In this document: positions 18,986-31,216 of the stretch, in pieces
Numbering within the stretch: position 1 is the stretch's first letter
Layout: each line of letters begins with the position of its first letter
IMG/VR virus record: IMGVR_UViG_2974497520_000001
Span: 68,091 to 132,090 of that record
Strand: one strand, 5' to 3'
Source: a virus
Length of the DNA stretch: 64,000 nucleotides
The notes under the pieces: model-generated
Told to the model about the DNA's origin: nothing
Seen by the model: the letters and a program-made list of their open reading frames with translations, nothing else
Databases searched by the model: none
Translations under genes and position numbers: made by a program

Positions 18986-19650
18986 TGACTTTAACTGAAA
19001 TGAAAAGCGGGCTAAAATCCCGCTTAGCCGATTATTTGGAATTATCTTACACTAGTGACAAGCCTACTGCTGTCGCTGACCAACGTCCTATCGGTGGTCC
19101 TTCTGCAAACCAAACTCAGAAGGGTGTTTATTTTCCTACGGTCCAAAGTGCAATAGATGATATTGCATTTAGAACAGAGCTTCCTGTGAACTCTGTTATT
19201 ATTACCACAGAAAACAGAGCACCTGGATTTATCCAGCAATCTGATAAAATTACATTTACCGGTTCTATTTCTTCAGGCGGTGAACTTGGCGACCCGGTTA
19301 TTATTAAAGTGTTCGGACTTCCTGTAGAGGTCTTAGTTGGCGATTCATCTGTATTGGTTGCATCTAAAGTAAATGATGTGTTTTTAGACGCTATTGCTAA
19401 TAGCTATATTTTAGCCGAAACTGCTATTGATGCCTTAGACCAATCTACCTTGAATATTAAATACAATGACTATCAGAATCATATTTTTTCACCATATAAA
19501 CAATCGGGTTGTACAATTTCCCATACTATAGTCCAACAGCCAAGGGCTGGATACGGTAAGTGGGAATACTTAGGTAACTCTACCCAATCGTTAGCAGGTG
19601 GTACAGTTAACGGCACGATTCCTTTATATTACTATAAGAGATTATATTAA
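18985..19650 (+). CDS. 11: gp11 short tail fibre connector
   Basis: SRLADYLE...DQRPIGGP...FPTVQSAIDD; synteny. Confidence 0.9.
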   Translation: MTLTEMKSGLKSRLADYLELSYTSDKPTAVADQRPIGGPSANQTQKGVYFPTVQSAIDDIAFRTELPVNSVIITTENRAPGFIQQSDKITFTGSISSGGELGDPVIIKVFGLPVEVLVGDSSVLVASKVNDVFLDAIANSYILAETAIDALDQSTLNIKYNDYQNHIFSPYKQSGCTISHTIVQQPRAGYGKWEYLGNSTQSLAGGTVNGTIPLYYYKRLY

Positions 19651-21176
19651 TGTCAACAAACACACTAAAACACATTAGTGATAAATCGGAATTCAAATCA
19701 TTCGACCCTACTGGGTCGAATTTCCCGCCTGATATTACTAATGTTCAAGAAGCATTGGCAACTATTTCATTAATCGGCGTCACAGGTAATGTTCCTTCAG
19801 CTACAGAAACGTCCCAAGGCATTATTCGTCTTGCCACAACACAAGAAGTAATGGATGGTCTGGATGCTTATAGTGCAGTGACACCGGCAACTTTAAAAGC
19901 CCGTTTAGATATTCCTACTCAGGCAACAGAAACTTATGTAGGTATCACCCGTTATGCTACTAACGCTGAAGCTATAGCAGGCACAGAGCCCCAGGCTGCA
20001 ATCGTAGCAACTTCTTTGAAAGCGGTAATGGATTATACATTTGAGAACCGTTTATCAACAGAGAACGCCACAGGCGTTATCAAGATTTCAACTACACCTG
20101 CCGCATTAGCTGGTACCGATGATACCACAGCAATGACCCCACTTAAAGTATCTCAGGCAATTGGTGCAGCGACGGCCGCGTTACCGGTTTATTCTACAGC
20201 AACGACTACAAATGAAGGTTTAGTTCGTTTAGCGACCAATGCAGAGGTTGGTAATGGAAGTCTTTCGGTAGGTATCGCTATTTCTCCGGCAGGATTAGCC
20301 ACATTAACTTCCACCGAAGAACGAAGCGGTATTATTAAACTCGCAGGTTGGGATATGGTATCTAATGGTACCGACCATACCGCCGCAGTTACACCGGCTT
20401 CTTTGTTAGCTCGTACAGGTAATACTGGACGTATTGGGTTGGTTCGTTTATCTACTACTGTAGGCCAAGGCGATGGTAATACGGCGCTGGCTTATAATGC
20501 TAACGTTATTTCTACTTCAGGCGGCGAAATATGGGGTACTTTAAACGTTAATGGAGCATTACGTCGTAATGGTGTTGATGTTGTTACCCATGACCAATTA
20601 TCAGATAGCGTTCCGGTGGGTACTATTTGCATGTGGGGTGGCAATGAAGGTAATATACCTGGTAAATGGCGTGCTTGTGTAGGTGGGACTTACACTGGTG
20701 GTGCATATTTAAATGCTGTTGGTGGGCGTTGGGGATGGTGGGGTGCTATTCCAGATTTCCGTGGATTATATCCTCGTGGCGCTAACATGGTCGGTGGATA
20801 TTCTGAAGGCGAAGTTAACCCGCATATTGCCGGTAACCGAGGAGAAGACGGTAAAGGTAAAGCCCGTTTAGGTAATGGTGTTGGTTCTTTCCCGCAATCT
20901 TCCGTTCAAGCCCAAGCATTACGTTATCATAAACATGCTGGTGGTTTTGGTGAACATGATAACTATGGCGCTTTTGGTAACACCGCTAACTCCGGATATG
21001 TTGGTACTCGTAAAGGCCTTGACTGGGATAACCGTAGTTATTATACCAACGAAGGTTTTGAGACCACCGATCCTTGGAACCGTGATGGACATACCACATT
21101 GAATAGTGAAGGTCTTATTGCCAACGAAACACGTCCATGGACAATGTCCGTTCTTTTTATTATTAAAGTAGAATAA
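19650..21176 (+). CDS. 12: gp12 short tail fibre
   Basis: Six G-I/L-x-R/K-L/Y-A-T-like shaft repeats; YHKH zinc site; ETRPW C-terminus. Confidence 0.95.
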   Translation: MSTNTLKHISDKSEFKSFDPTGSNFPPDITNVQEALATISLIGVTGNVPSATETSQGIIRLATTQEVMDGLDAYSAVTPATLKARLDIPTQATETYVGITRYATNAEAIAGTEPQAAIVATSLKAVMDYTFENRLSTENATGVIKISTTPAALAGTDDTTAMTPLKVSQAIGAATAALPVYSTATTTNEGLVRLATNAEVGNGSLSVGIAISPAGLATLTSTEERSGIIKLAGWDMVSNGTDHTAAVTPASLLARTGNTGRIGLVRLSTTVGQGDGNTALAYNANVISTSGGEIWGTLNVNGALRRNGVDVVTHDQLSDSVPVGTICMWGGNEGNIPGKWRACVGGTYTGGAYLNAVGGRWGWWGAIPDFRGLYPRGANMVGGYSEGEVNPHIAGNRGEDGKGKARLGNGVGSFPQSSVQAQALRYHKHAGGFGEHDNYGAFGNTANSGYVGTRKGLDWDNRSYYTNEGFETTDPWNRDGHTTLNSEGLIANETRPWTMSVLFIIKVE

Positions 21177-21185
21177 GGGTAAAAA

Positions 21186-22775
21186 ATGATTAACAAATTG
21201 GAACTTAGTGAGTTACCATTTGTTGACGGCGTACCTGATGCTCCTCAAAAGCGTATCCAATGGATACGCGAGGGTGATTGTATGTCTGCAGCAAAAACAA
21301 AATACGGCAATGAAGGTAATTTGAACGCTGCTGCTTTAGGAGTTCAGAAAAACGTTGAAGCTCTTGATGCGAATGATTTGAAAACCGCAGATAAAGTTAA
21401 CGAACTGGTAGAAAACGTTAATAATATCAATGATGCCTTAGAAATGGCTACGGATATTTCCGTCATCCAACAAATTGAGAAAAACCGTGTTGATATCGTA
21501 GAGCTTAAGAGAGTAGAAGGCGAAACCACTACTGGGCTAAACAATTTAACCATAAATTTAGACCACCTAAAAGAAGACGTTGGTTACCATGACCCTTTAC
21601 AAGATGGCCCATATTTAACTGTACGTGAAAATATTGTTCTTCTTAAAACCGAAATAGGTCATTATGAAAACCAGGATATAAATGGTAATCCGTTGCCTCC
21701 TGGTGAAACCAGCGAAGCCACCGGTATGAAACGTCGCATCATTGATAATACCACTCAATTGGTCGACCATCGTCTTCGCATTGATACCCTTGAAAGGAAT
21801 TATGAAGATTCTGACGTCGGGCAACTAGGTATTAAATTAAATGAAATTCGTGCTGAACTCGGGCCCCATTCCGATACGGTAGGTAAACAACAGGCTTATA
21901 CCCGAATTTCTGTATTAGAAACGGCTGCAATTAATTTCAATACATCTATCGACGAAATTAAGACTAATATTGATTTCTCCGGTATGCCTATAAAGGACCG
22001 AGTAACTACTTTAGAAAGCAAAACTCTTACCCTAGAAAATTCAGTCAACGTTGATTTAAAACCTCGTGTAACATCAATTGAAACCCAAATAGGTTCTGAA
22101 TCAACTCCTACTTCTATTAATGGACGTTTAAGCGGTCTTCGTACTGATGTAAATGACCTTAAAACCATAGTGGGTGTTAGTTCAAGTGATGGCTTACGTT
22201 TCCAAGTTACTGATATCAACCGCCGTTTAGGTAGTGAAGTATCTCCGGCAGCTGGGACCATTAATAAGCGTTTAAATGACGTTATTATCCAAGCAAACCA
22301 ATCTACTTCATCTATCCAGGATATTCAAGTAGAAATTGGAAATAACCAATCCGGTATTAAGGGTACTTTACTTAAACTCACCAATAAGGTTGACGGGACA
22401 AACCCTAACGGTACTACTGTAGAAGAACGTGGTCTTATTAACGCGGTTACTTCTTTAGAAACCCAGATGTTAGGTAAGTTGAATGATGCCCCTTCCGATG
22501 GTAAGCTTTATGCTCGTCGTAATGCTACGTGGACCGAAGTTCCTAACGTTTCTACTGAAATAGGGACCGTTAAAGCTGATTTAGTTGTTACCGATGGTAA
22601 TGTGGCAGCTTTAACTTCTAGAGTTACTACAGCAGAAGATAAAATCACTGCATTAGAAACTGAACTTGCTAAACGTCCACCAGTGGCTCCAGTTGCTGAT
22701 GGACTTCCATATGTTCTTGTTGATAATGCGTGGGTGCTATTGTCAGATTTTGTGACTTTAAACCCAGCACCATAA
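21186..22775 (+). CDS. wac: Fibritin (whisker), with two foldon motifs
   Basis: LSELPFVDGVP...RIQWIREG N-terminus; heptad coiled coil; C-terminal foldon. Confidence 0.95.
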   Translation: MINKLELSELPFVDGVPDAPQKRIQWIREGDCMSAAKTKYGNEGNLNAAALGVQKNVEALDANDLKTADKVNELVENVNNINDALEMATDISVIQQIEKNRVDIVELKRVEGETTTGLNNLTINLDHLKEDVGYHDPLQDGPYLTVRENIVLLKTEIGHYENQDINGNPLPPGETSEATGMKRRIIDNTTQLVDHRLRIDTLERNYEDSDVGQLGIKLNEIRAELGPHSDTVGKQQAYTRISVLETAAINFNTSIDEIKTNIDFSGMPIKDRVTTLESKTLTLENSVNVDLKPRVTSIETQIGSESTPTSINGRLSGLRTDVNDLKTIVGVSSSDGLRFQVTDINRRLGSEVSPAAGTINKRLNDVIIQANQSTSSIQDIQVEIGNNQSGIKGTLLKLTNKVDGTNPNGTTVEERGLINAVTSLETQMLGKLNDAPSDGKLYARRNATWTEVPNVSTEIGTVKADLVVTDGNVAALTSRVTTAEDKITALETELAKRPPVAPVADGLPYVLVDNAWVLLSDFVTLNPAP

Positions 22776-22776
22776 T

Positions 22777-22798
22777 AAAAGGGCTTCGGCCCTTTTTT
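22777..22798 (+). terminator. Rho-independent terminator after wac
   Basis: GGGC-TTCG-GCCC-TTTTTT. Confidence 0.9.
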
Positions 22799-22800
22799 GC

Positions 22801-22808
22801 TATAAATA
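22801..22808 (+). promoter_or_regulatory. Late promoter for gene 13
   Basis: TATAAATA. Confidence 0.85.
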
Positions 22809-22829
22809 CGGTTATTAGAGGAATAAACC

Positions 22830-23765
22830 ATGGCAAGTGAATCATATAACCCTAAGCAACTCAAGGACGCAATCCTGCGCCGCCTGGGTGCACCGATTAC
22901 GAATATTGAAGTAACTACAGACCAAGTGTACGATTGCATCCAGCGCGCCCTGGAGCTCTACGGTGAGTATCATTATAACGGCTATAACAAAGGTTATCAG
23001 GCTTTTTATATAGGCCATGATGACGAAGAAAAATTCCGTAACGGCGTATTTGACCTTAAAGGCCGTAATATATTTGCAGTAACACAAATTTTAAGAACTA
23101 ATGTAGGTTCTTTAACATCTATGGATGGCCAAGCGACTTATCCATGGTTTACTGATTTTGTATTAGGCCTAGCTGGTATTAACGGCGGTCTTGGAACTTC
23201 TTGTAACAGCTTTGGGCCTAATGCCTTTGGTGCTGACCTCGGGTATTTTACACAATTAATGCAATATCGTTCTATGATGCAGGACCTTTTGGTTCCATTG
23301 CCTGATTATTGGTATAACGATGCCACTGAACAGTTGAAGGTAATGGGTAACTTTGTTAAAGGCGATTTTATTGTAATTGAAGTTTATACTCGCTCTTTTA
23401 ATGGGGTCGATTCTATGGTAGGAAATACCGCAGGATATGGATATGCCTCTGGTGGGTGCGACGAAAATGAATGGAGCCCCGGAGCTATTTGGGATAACCC
23501 GGCTCGTCGTATTTCAGGTATGAGGGCAGGTGAAGACCTTGGTTTGCAAGATGGTTCATATAATAACCGTTGGGTCAAAGATTATGCGACGGCATTGGTT
23601 AAAGAAGTCAATGGTAATATTTTGGCCAAACACCAAGGCATGCAACTTGCGGGTGGAACCACTGTAGATGGTATTCGATTGATTGAAGAAGCTCGTTTAG
23701 AAAAAGAACGCCTTCGCGAAGAATTAGATTTACTCGACCCACCAACACCTATTTTAATTGGATAA
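22830..23765 (+). CDS. 13: gp13 neck protein
   Basis: [16 protein letters not shown]...[11 protein letters not shown]. Confidence 0.95.
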   Translation: MASESYNPKQLKDAILRRLGAPITNIEVTTDQVYDCIQRALELYGEYHYNGYNKGYQAFYIGHDDEEKFRNGVFDLKGRNIFAVTQILRTNVGSLTSMDGQATYPWFTDFVLGLAGINGGLGTSCNSFGPNAFGADLGYFTQLMQYRSMMQDLLVPLPDYWYNDATEQLKVMGNFVKGDFIVIEVYTRSFNGVDSMVGNTAGYGYASGGCDENEWSPGAIWDNPARRISGMRAGEDLGLQDGSYNNRWVKDYATALVKEVNGNILAKHQGMQLAGGTTVDGIRLIEEARLEKERLREELDLLDPPTPILIG

Positions 23766-23767
23766 TT

Positions 23768-24541
23768 ATGGCTACTTTCGATTCGAGTTTATTTGCCAAG
23801 CTGGAAAATAATACCGGCTATGCTAACACGAACGAAACTGAAATAATGAATCCGTTCGTCAACTTCTACAAGCATGAGAATACCCAAACATTGGCTGATG
23901 CTTTAGTTGCTGAGTCTATTCAAATGCGTGGTATTGAGCTTTATTATATACCACGTGAATACGTTAATCCAGACCAGCTATTTGGCGAAGACCTTCAGAA
24001 CAAATTTACTAAAGCCTGGAAATTTGCAGGTTATTTGGATTCCTTTGAAGGTTATTCCGGTGACAATACTTATTTCAGTAAGTTCGGTATGATGGTTAAT
24101 GATGAAGTAACAATCACAATTAACCCTAACCTTTTTAAACATCAATGCAATGGCACTGAACCTGTTTCAGGTGATTTGATTTATTTCCCAATGGACAACA
24201 GCCTATTCGAAATTAACTGGGTACAACCTTACGACCCATTCTATCAAGTAGGAGCTAACGTCCAGCGGCGCATCACCGCTACCAAGTTCATTTACAATGG
24301 TGAAGAACTTCGCCCTGAATTACAGAGAAATGAAGGTATTAATATCCCTGAGTTTAGTGAGCTTGATTTAATGCCTGTTAAGAATATCGACGGATTGGCT
24401 GATATCTCTGACATTCAATACGAAGAGGTCAATGAGATTAATGCTGAAGCGGCTGAATTCGTACATCCTTATGTTGTAATTAATGGACGAGGAGAGGATG
24501 CTCCTCCTACAGCATTTGATGATGCTTTTTTAGATGATTAA
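23768..24541 (+). CDS. 14: gp14 neck protein
   Basis: [12 protein letters not shown]...[16 protein letters not shown]. Confidence 0.95.
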   Translation: MATFDSSLFAKLENNTGYANTNETEIMNPFVNFYKHENTQTLADALVAESIQMRGIELYYIPREYVNPDQLFGEDLQNKFTKAWKFAGYLDSFEGYSGDNTYFSKFGMMVNDEVTITINPNLFKHQCNGTEPVSGDLIYFPMDNSLFEINWVQPYDPFYQVGANVQRRITATKFIYNGEELRPELQRNEGINIPEFSELDLMPVKNIDGLADISDIQYEEVNEINAEAAEFVHPYVVINGRGEDAPPTAFDDAFLDD

Positions 24542-24579
24542 ATAATACATGGCGCATGGTGCGCCATTTAGGAGGTTTG

Positions 24580-25442
24580 ATGTTTGGACATTGGTATAAT
24601 AGTTCGCTACGTCGCTATATTGTTTTGATGGGTGATTTATTTTCCCATGTTCAAGTAGCACGTCAAAGAGAAGATACGGGACTTAAATTTATTAAGGTCC
24701 CTATTACGTATGCTTCTAAAGAAAGATTTATGGCAAATTTGGGTAAATGGACGGCAGTACAGAATATTCCAAATCCTAATATGACAGCTAAAGAACGGGC
24801 CGAACAAAAAGCTAAAGTGGAAACAGTTCTTCCGCGTATGAACCTCCAAATGGTTGATATGCTTTACAACTCACAATATAAAACAGCCCTTCAAAACAGA
24901 ACACAAATTCAATTTGAGAATGGCGACCCACGTAAGCGTGTCAGCCAATATTCTCCTACTCCGGTTAAAATGATTTTCGAACTGGGTATTTACACTAGAA
25001 CCCAAGATGATATGTTCCAAATTGTAGAACAGATTATGCCTTATTTCCAACCTCACTTCAATACAACTATCACTGAACTCTATACAAACGAAATTAAATT
25101 TGACCGTGATATCCGTATTGTGTTCCAATCTATAGCAATGGATGAACAATTAGAAGGTGATACCACTTCTAGACGTCGCTTAGAGTGGTCTATGATGTTT
25201 GAGGTTAATGGTTGGTTATATCCTCCTGTGAAGGAAATGGAAGGCGAAATTAAAACCATTTATCTTGATTTCTTTGCCAACTCAAAGGAACTCGCTCCTG
25301 AAGGTAATTTCGAATCGGTTGATAGCGAAGTGGTTCCTAGAGGTGTAGAAGAAAAAGAATGGGACGGTAAGTCCATTCAAACATATTCACAAGATATTCC
25401 AGTGCCTGTCGAGCCAGCGCCTCCAGCACCAAGGAGAAACCC

Positions 25443-25446
<4 letters not shown>
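24580..25446 (+). CDS. 15: gp15 tail sheath terminator
   Basis: [22 protein letters not shown]; AGGAGG Shine-Dalgarno preceded by an 8-bp hairpin (24549-24567). Confidence 0.95.
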
Positions 25447-27756
<2,310 letters not shown>

Positions 27757-27785
27757 ACAATAAAGCATAACCAAGAGGATTCAAA

Positions 27786-29768
27786 ATGGCTTTATTATCA
27801 CCGGGCATTGAGCTCAAAGAAACGTCCGTACAGAGTACTGTCGTTCGTAACGCAACGGGTCGTGCAGCGCTGGTTGGTAAATTCCAGTGGGGCCCTGCTT
27901 TCCAGGTAACTCAGATTACTAATGAAGTTGAACTGGTCGACTTATTTGGAGGTCCTAATAACGAAGTTGCTGATTACTTCATGTCGGGTATGAACTTCCT
28001 CCAGTATGGTAACGACCTTCGTACTGTTCGTGTTGTTAACCGTGAATTCGCTAAAAACGCGTCTCCGGTAGCGGGTAACGTCCAAACCACTATTACTACT
28101 GCAGGTTCTAACTATGCGGTAGGCGATAAAATTAATATCAAATATAACCAGACTGTTGTTGAATCTGAAGGTCGTGTGACTTCTGTAGATACGGATGGTA
28201 AAATTCTTTCCGTGTTTATCCCATCAGCAAAAATTATTGCTTATGCACGTTCTTTAAACCAGTATCCGAACCTCGGCCCGGCATGGACTGCTGAAGTAAC
28301 TTCTGCCTCTTCAGGTGTTTCTGGTACTATTACCGTTGGTAAAATCGTAACCGATTCCGGTATTCTTTTGACCGAAGCAGAGAACAGTGAAGAAGCTATT
28401 ACTTCCCTAGAATTCCAAGCGTCTCTTAAACAGTTTGGTATGCCTGGCGTGGTCGCTCTTTATCCTGGTGAAATTGGCAGCACCTTAGAAGTAGAAATTG
28501 TTTCTAAAGCAGCTTATGATGTCGGTTCTTCTAAAATGCTGGATATTTATCCTGGCGGTGGTACCCGTGCTTCTATTGCCAAGGCAGTATTTAACTACGG
28601 CCCACAAACAGATGACCAATACGCAATTATTGTTCGTCGTGATGGCGCTATCGTAGAATCTGTCGTACTTTCTACCAAAGAAGGTGAAAAAGACGTTTAC
28701 GGTAATAACATTTATCTTGACGACTATTTCGCTAAAGGTACTTCTAACTATATTTTTGCTACCTCTTTGAATTGGCCTAAAGGCTTCAGTGGTATCATCA
28801 ATCTTATGGGTGGTGTATCTGCTAACGATCAGGTTACTGCGAGTGATTTGATGCAGGGTTGGGATTTGTTTGCCGACCGTGAAGCACTCCATATTAACCT
28901 TTTGATTGCTGGTGCTGTTGCCGGTGAAGGTGATGAAGTTGCTTCTACCGTCCAGAAACACGTTGTTAGTATTGCTGATGAACGTCAGGATTGCTTGGCA
29001 TTTATTTCTCCTCCTAAAGGACTGTTGGTTAACGTTCCATTGACTCGTGCAGTAGATAATCTTATCGACTGGCGTACCGGTGCAGGTACTTTCGATACCA
29101 ACAACATGAACATTAGCACCACTTATGCTGCTATTGATGGTAACTATAAATATCAGTATGACAAATATAATGACGTAAACCGTTGGGTGCCTCTGGCCGC
29201 TGATATGGCTGGTTTGTGTGCACGTACTGATGATGTTTCTCAGCCTTGGATGTCTCCGGCAGGTTATAACCGTGGCCAGATTCTTAACGTTCTGAAATTG
29301 GCAATTGAACCGCGCCAAGCTCAACGTGACCGCATGTACCAAGAAGCTATTAACCCAGTTGTTGGTTTTGCTGGTGGCGATGGTTTCGTATTGTTTGGTG
29401 ATAAGACTGCAACCAAAGTTCCATCTCCGATGGACCACATTAACGTTCGCCGTCTGTTCAACATGCTTAAGAAAAATATCGGTGATGCCTCTAAATATAA
29501 ACTGTTTGAATTGAACGACAACTTCACTCGTTCAAGCTTCCGTATGGAAGTTTCTCAGTACTTAGATGGTATTAAGGCACTTGGTGGGATTTATGAAGGA
29601 CGCGTGGTTTGTGATACTACAGTGAACACCCCTGCGGTTATTGACCGTAACGAGTTTATTGCTAATATATACATCAAACCGGCGAGATCGATAAATTATA
29701 TCACTCTTAATTTCGTGGCTACTTCTACCGGTGCAGATTTTGACGAGTTGATTGGACCACTAGTTTAA
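27786..29768 (+). CDS. 18: gp18 tail sheath
   Basis: MALLSPGIELKETS...INVRRLF. Confidence 0.97.
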   Translation: MALLSPGIELKETSVQSTVVRNATGRAALVGKFQWGPAFQVTQITNEVELVDLFGGPNNEVADYFMSGMNFLQYGNDLRTVRVVNREFAKNASPVAGNVQTTITTAGSNYAVGDKINIKYNQTVVESEGRVTSVDTDGKILSVFIPSAKIIAYARSLNQYPNLGPAWTAEVTSASSGVSGTITVGKIVTDSGILLTEAENSEEAITSLEFQASLKQFGMPGVVALYPGEIGSTLEVEIVSKAAYDVGSSKMLDIYPGGGTRASIAKAVFNYGPQTDDQYAIIVRRDGAIVESVVLSTKEGEKDVYGNNIYLDDYFAKGTSNYIFATSLNWPKGFSGIINLMGGVSANDQVTASDLMQGWDLFADREALHINLLIAGAVAGEGDEVASTVQKHVVSIADERQDCLAFISPPKGLLVNVPLTRAVDNLIDWRTGAGTFDTNNMNISTTYAAIDGNYKYQYDKYNDVNRWVPLAADMAGLCARTDDVSQPWMSPAGYNRGQILNVLKLAIEPRQAQRDRMYQEAINPVVGFAGGDGFVLFGDKTATKVPSPMDHINVRRLFNMLKKNIGDASKYKLFELNDNFTRSSFRMEVSQYLDGIKALGGIYEGRVVCDTTVNTPAVIDRNEFIANIYIKPARSINYITLNFVATSTGADFDELIGPLV

Positions 29769-29824
29769 GTTTACTTGCTCTAAGCTTTATGGTATAATGC
29801 GCGTATACACAATACGCGCAAGGA
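29769..29824 (+). promoter_or_regulatory. Early promoter plus overlapping 9-bp hairpin in front of the HNH gene
   Basis: GTTTACT, 17-nt spacer, TATAAT (29793-29798); TGCGCGTAT-ACACA-ATACGCGCA abutting AGGA. Confidence 0.75.
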
Positions 29825-29832
29825 TTTCTAAA

Positions 29833-30453
29833 GTGATTATTACTAAATTTGTTGATGTAAAAATAAATACTAACAATTACAGTTATTTCTTAGACTTAGG
29901 GTATGAGTTGGAACCTCTAGGAGCACCGAAGCATGGGCATAAGTGCCAAACTATTCGAGCAAAAGTTTCTGATTTAAAGGATGGTTCTAATAAAGAAGTT
30001 CAATGTATCTGCGATAAATGTGGCACAGAATTCAAACAAAGGATTGCTAGAAATACCGATGTATGTTATCCTTGTAGGCGTCATGAAGCTCTTATAGGTA
30101 ACACCAACGGTAAAGCTAATAAAGGTAAAACTCTACCTCATATGCAAGGTGAAAACCATCCAAGATGGAACCCTAATAAATCTGAATACTTTGCTTATGC
30201 ATCAAAGGTTAGAGCTGTTACTTATGCTTGTAAAGACGAGTGGATGGCTTGGGAAAATGCAGATAAAATAGGGTTATGTGGAGTTGAAGGTGCTTACCAA
30301 TTAGACCATAAGGTTTCAGTAGCTTATGGATTCTATAACCATATCCCAGCAGAGATAATTGGACAATTATCAAATTTAGAAATAATCACTTGGGAATCCA
30401 ATAGAGCTAAAAGTAAGTCTAGTTCAATAGACTTATGGGACTTACTATCCTAA
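29833..30453 (+). mobile_element. Free-standing HNH homing endonuclease between genes 18 and 19
   Basis: CxxC pairs (CDKC, CYPC), NUMOD3-like GENHPRWN, C-terminal LDHKVSVAYG...SNLEIITWESNRAK; GTG start 8 nt after AGGA. Confidence 0.8.
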
Positions 30454-30469
30454 ATAAATTATATCTCCT

Positions 30470-30540
30470 TAATCTATTATCCCAGGCTGTAATATAAAGA
30501 ACCTAAAACCATTATACCATGAGTTTGGTTACAGCGTACA
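30470..30540 (-). promoter_or_regulatory. Antisense promoter/leader element downstream of the HNH gene
   Basis: TGG-TATAAT (-10 at 30511-30516) with degenerate box CGCTGTA 13 nt upstream; 16-mer shared with 5013-5028. Confidence 0.5.
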
Positions 30541-30597
30541 TCACGCAGAATTGCGCCTGGGGTTGATTATTCTTTAGGAATATGATTTATCAACTGT

Positions 30598-30605
30598 TAT
30601 AAATA
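30598..30605 (+). promoter_or_regulatory. Late promoter for gene 19
   Basis: TATAAATA; followed by the hairpin GTTCCTGG-TGTGT-CCAGGAAC (30619-30639). Confidence 0.85.
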
Positions 30606-30657
30606 AATTAATCAGAACGTTCCTGGTGTGTCCAGGAACTGACTTAAGAGGCATCCC

Positions 30658-31149
30658 ATGGAGTTGACAGATATCACTCGTGCATTTGAGTCAGGTGACT
30701 TTGCACGCCCTAACCTTTTCGAAGTGGAAATTCCATTTCTTGGTAAAAACTTTAGCTTTAAATGTAAAGCAGCACCAATGCCTGCTGGCATTGTAGAAAA
30801 AGTACCGGTTGGCTACATGAACCGTAAAATTAACGTAGCTGGTGACCGTACGTTTGATGATTGGACAATTACCATTTATAACGATGATGCACATGACACC
30901 CGTCAAGCAATTGTCGATTGGCAGAATCTCTGTCACGGTATGACCAATGAAATTACCGGTGCAGCACCTGCAGAATATAAGAAACAAGCAGTAGTTCGCC
31001 AGTTCCATCGTGACGGCAAGACTGTGACCAAAGAAGTTACAATTTACGGCTTATGGCCTACTAACGTTGGTGAAGTCCAGATGGACTGGGACTCGAATAA
31101 CGAGGTAGAAACATTTGAAAGCACATTTGCTATTGACTGGTGGGAATAA
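30658..31149 (+). CDS. 19: gp19 tail tube
   Basis: DITRAFESGDFARPNLFEVEIP...GDRTFDDWTITIYND. Confidence 0.97.
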   Translation: MELTDITRAFESGDFARPNLFEVEIPFLGKNFSFKCKAAPMPAGIVEKVPVGYMNRKINVAGDRTFDDWTITIYNDDAHDTRQAIVDWQNLCHGMTNEITGAAPAEYKKQAVVRQFHRDGKTVTKEVTIYGLWPTNVGEVQMDWDSNNEVETFESTFAIDWWE

Positions 31150-31152
31150 GTT

Positions 31153-31186
31153 TTTACTTTTATAGCAAATTATGATAGTATAAATA
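31153..31186 (+). promoter_or_regulatory. Overlapping early-like and late promoters for the seg gene
   Basis: TTTACT-17-TAGTAT overlapping TATAAATA (31179-31186). Confidence 0.65.
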
Positions 31187-31216
31187 CATTCAAACAATGA
31201 AGTCAAGGAGTTTAGA

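Noticed and set aside
19650-21176. Repeats and Trp/Gly-rich stretch in gene 12
   Set aside because: Standard gp12 shaft repeats and a T4-type receptor-binding domain.
28485-29438. 317-aa ORF antisense to gene 18
   Set aside because: Same shadow-ORF explanation; fully inside a conserved essential gene.
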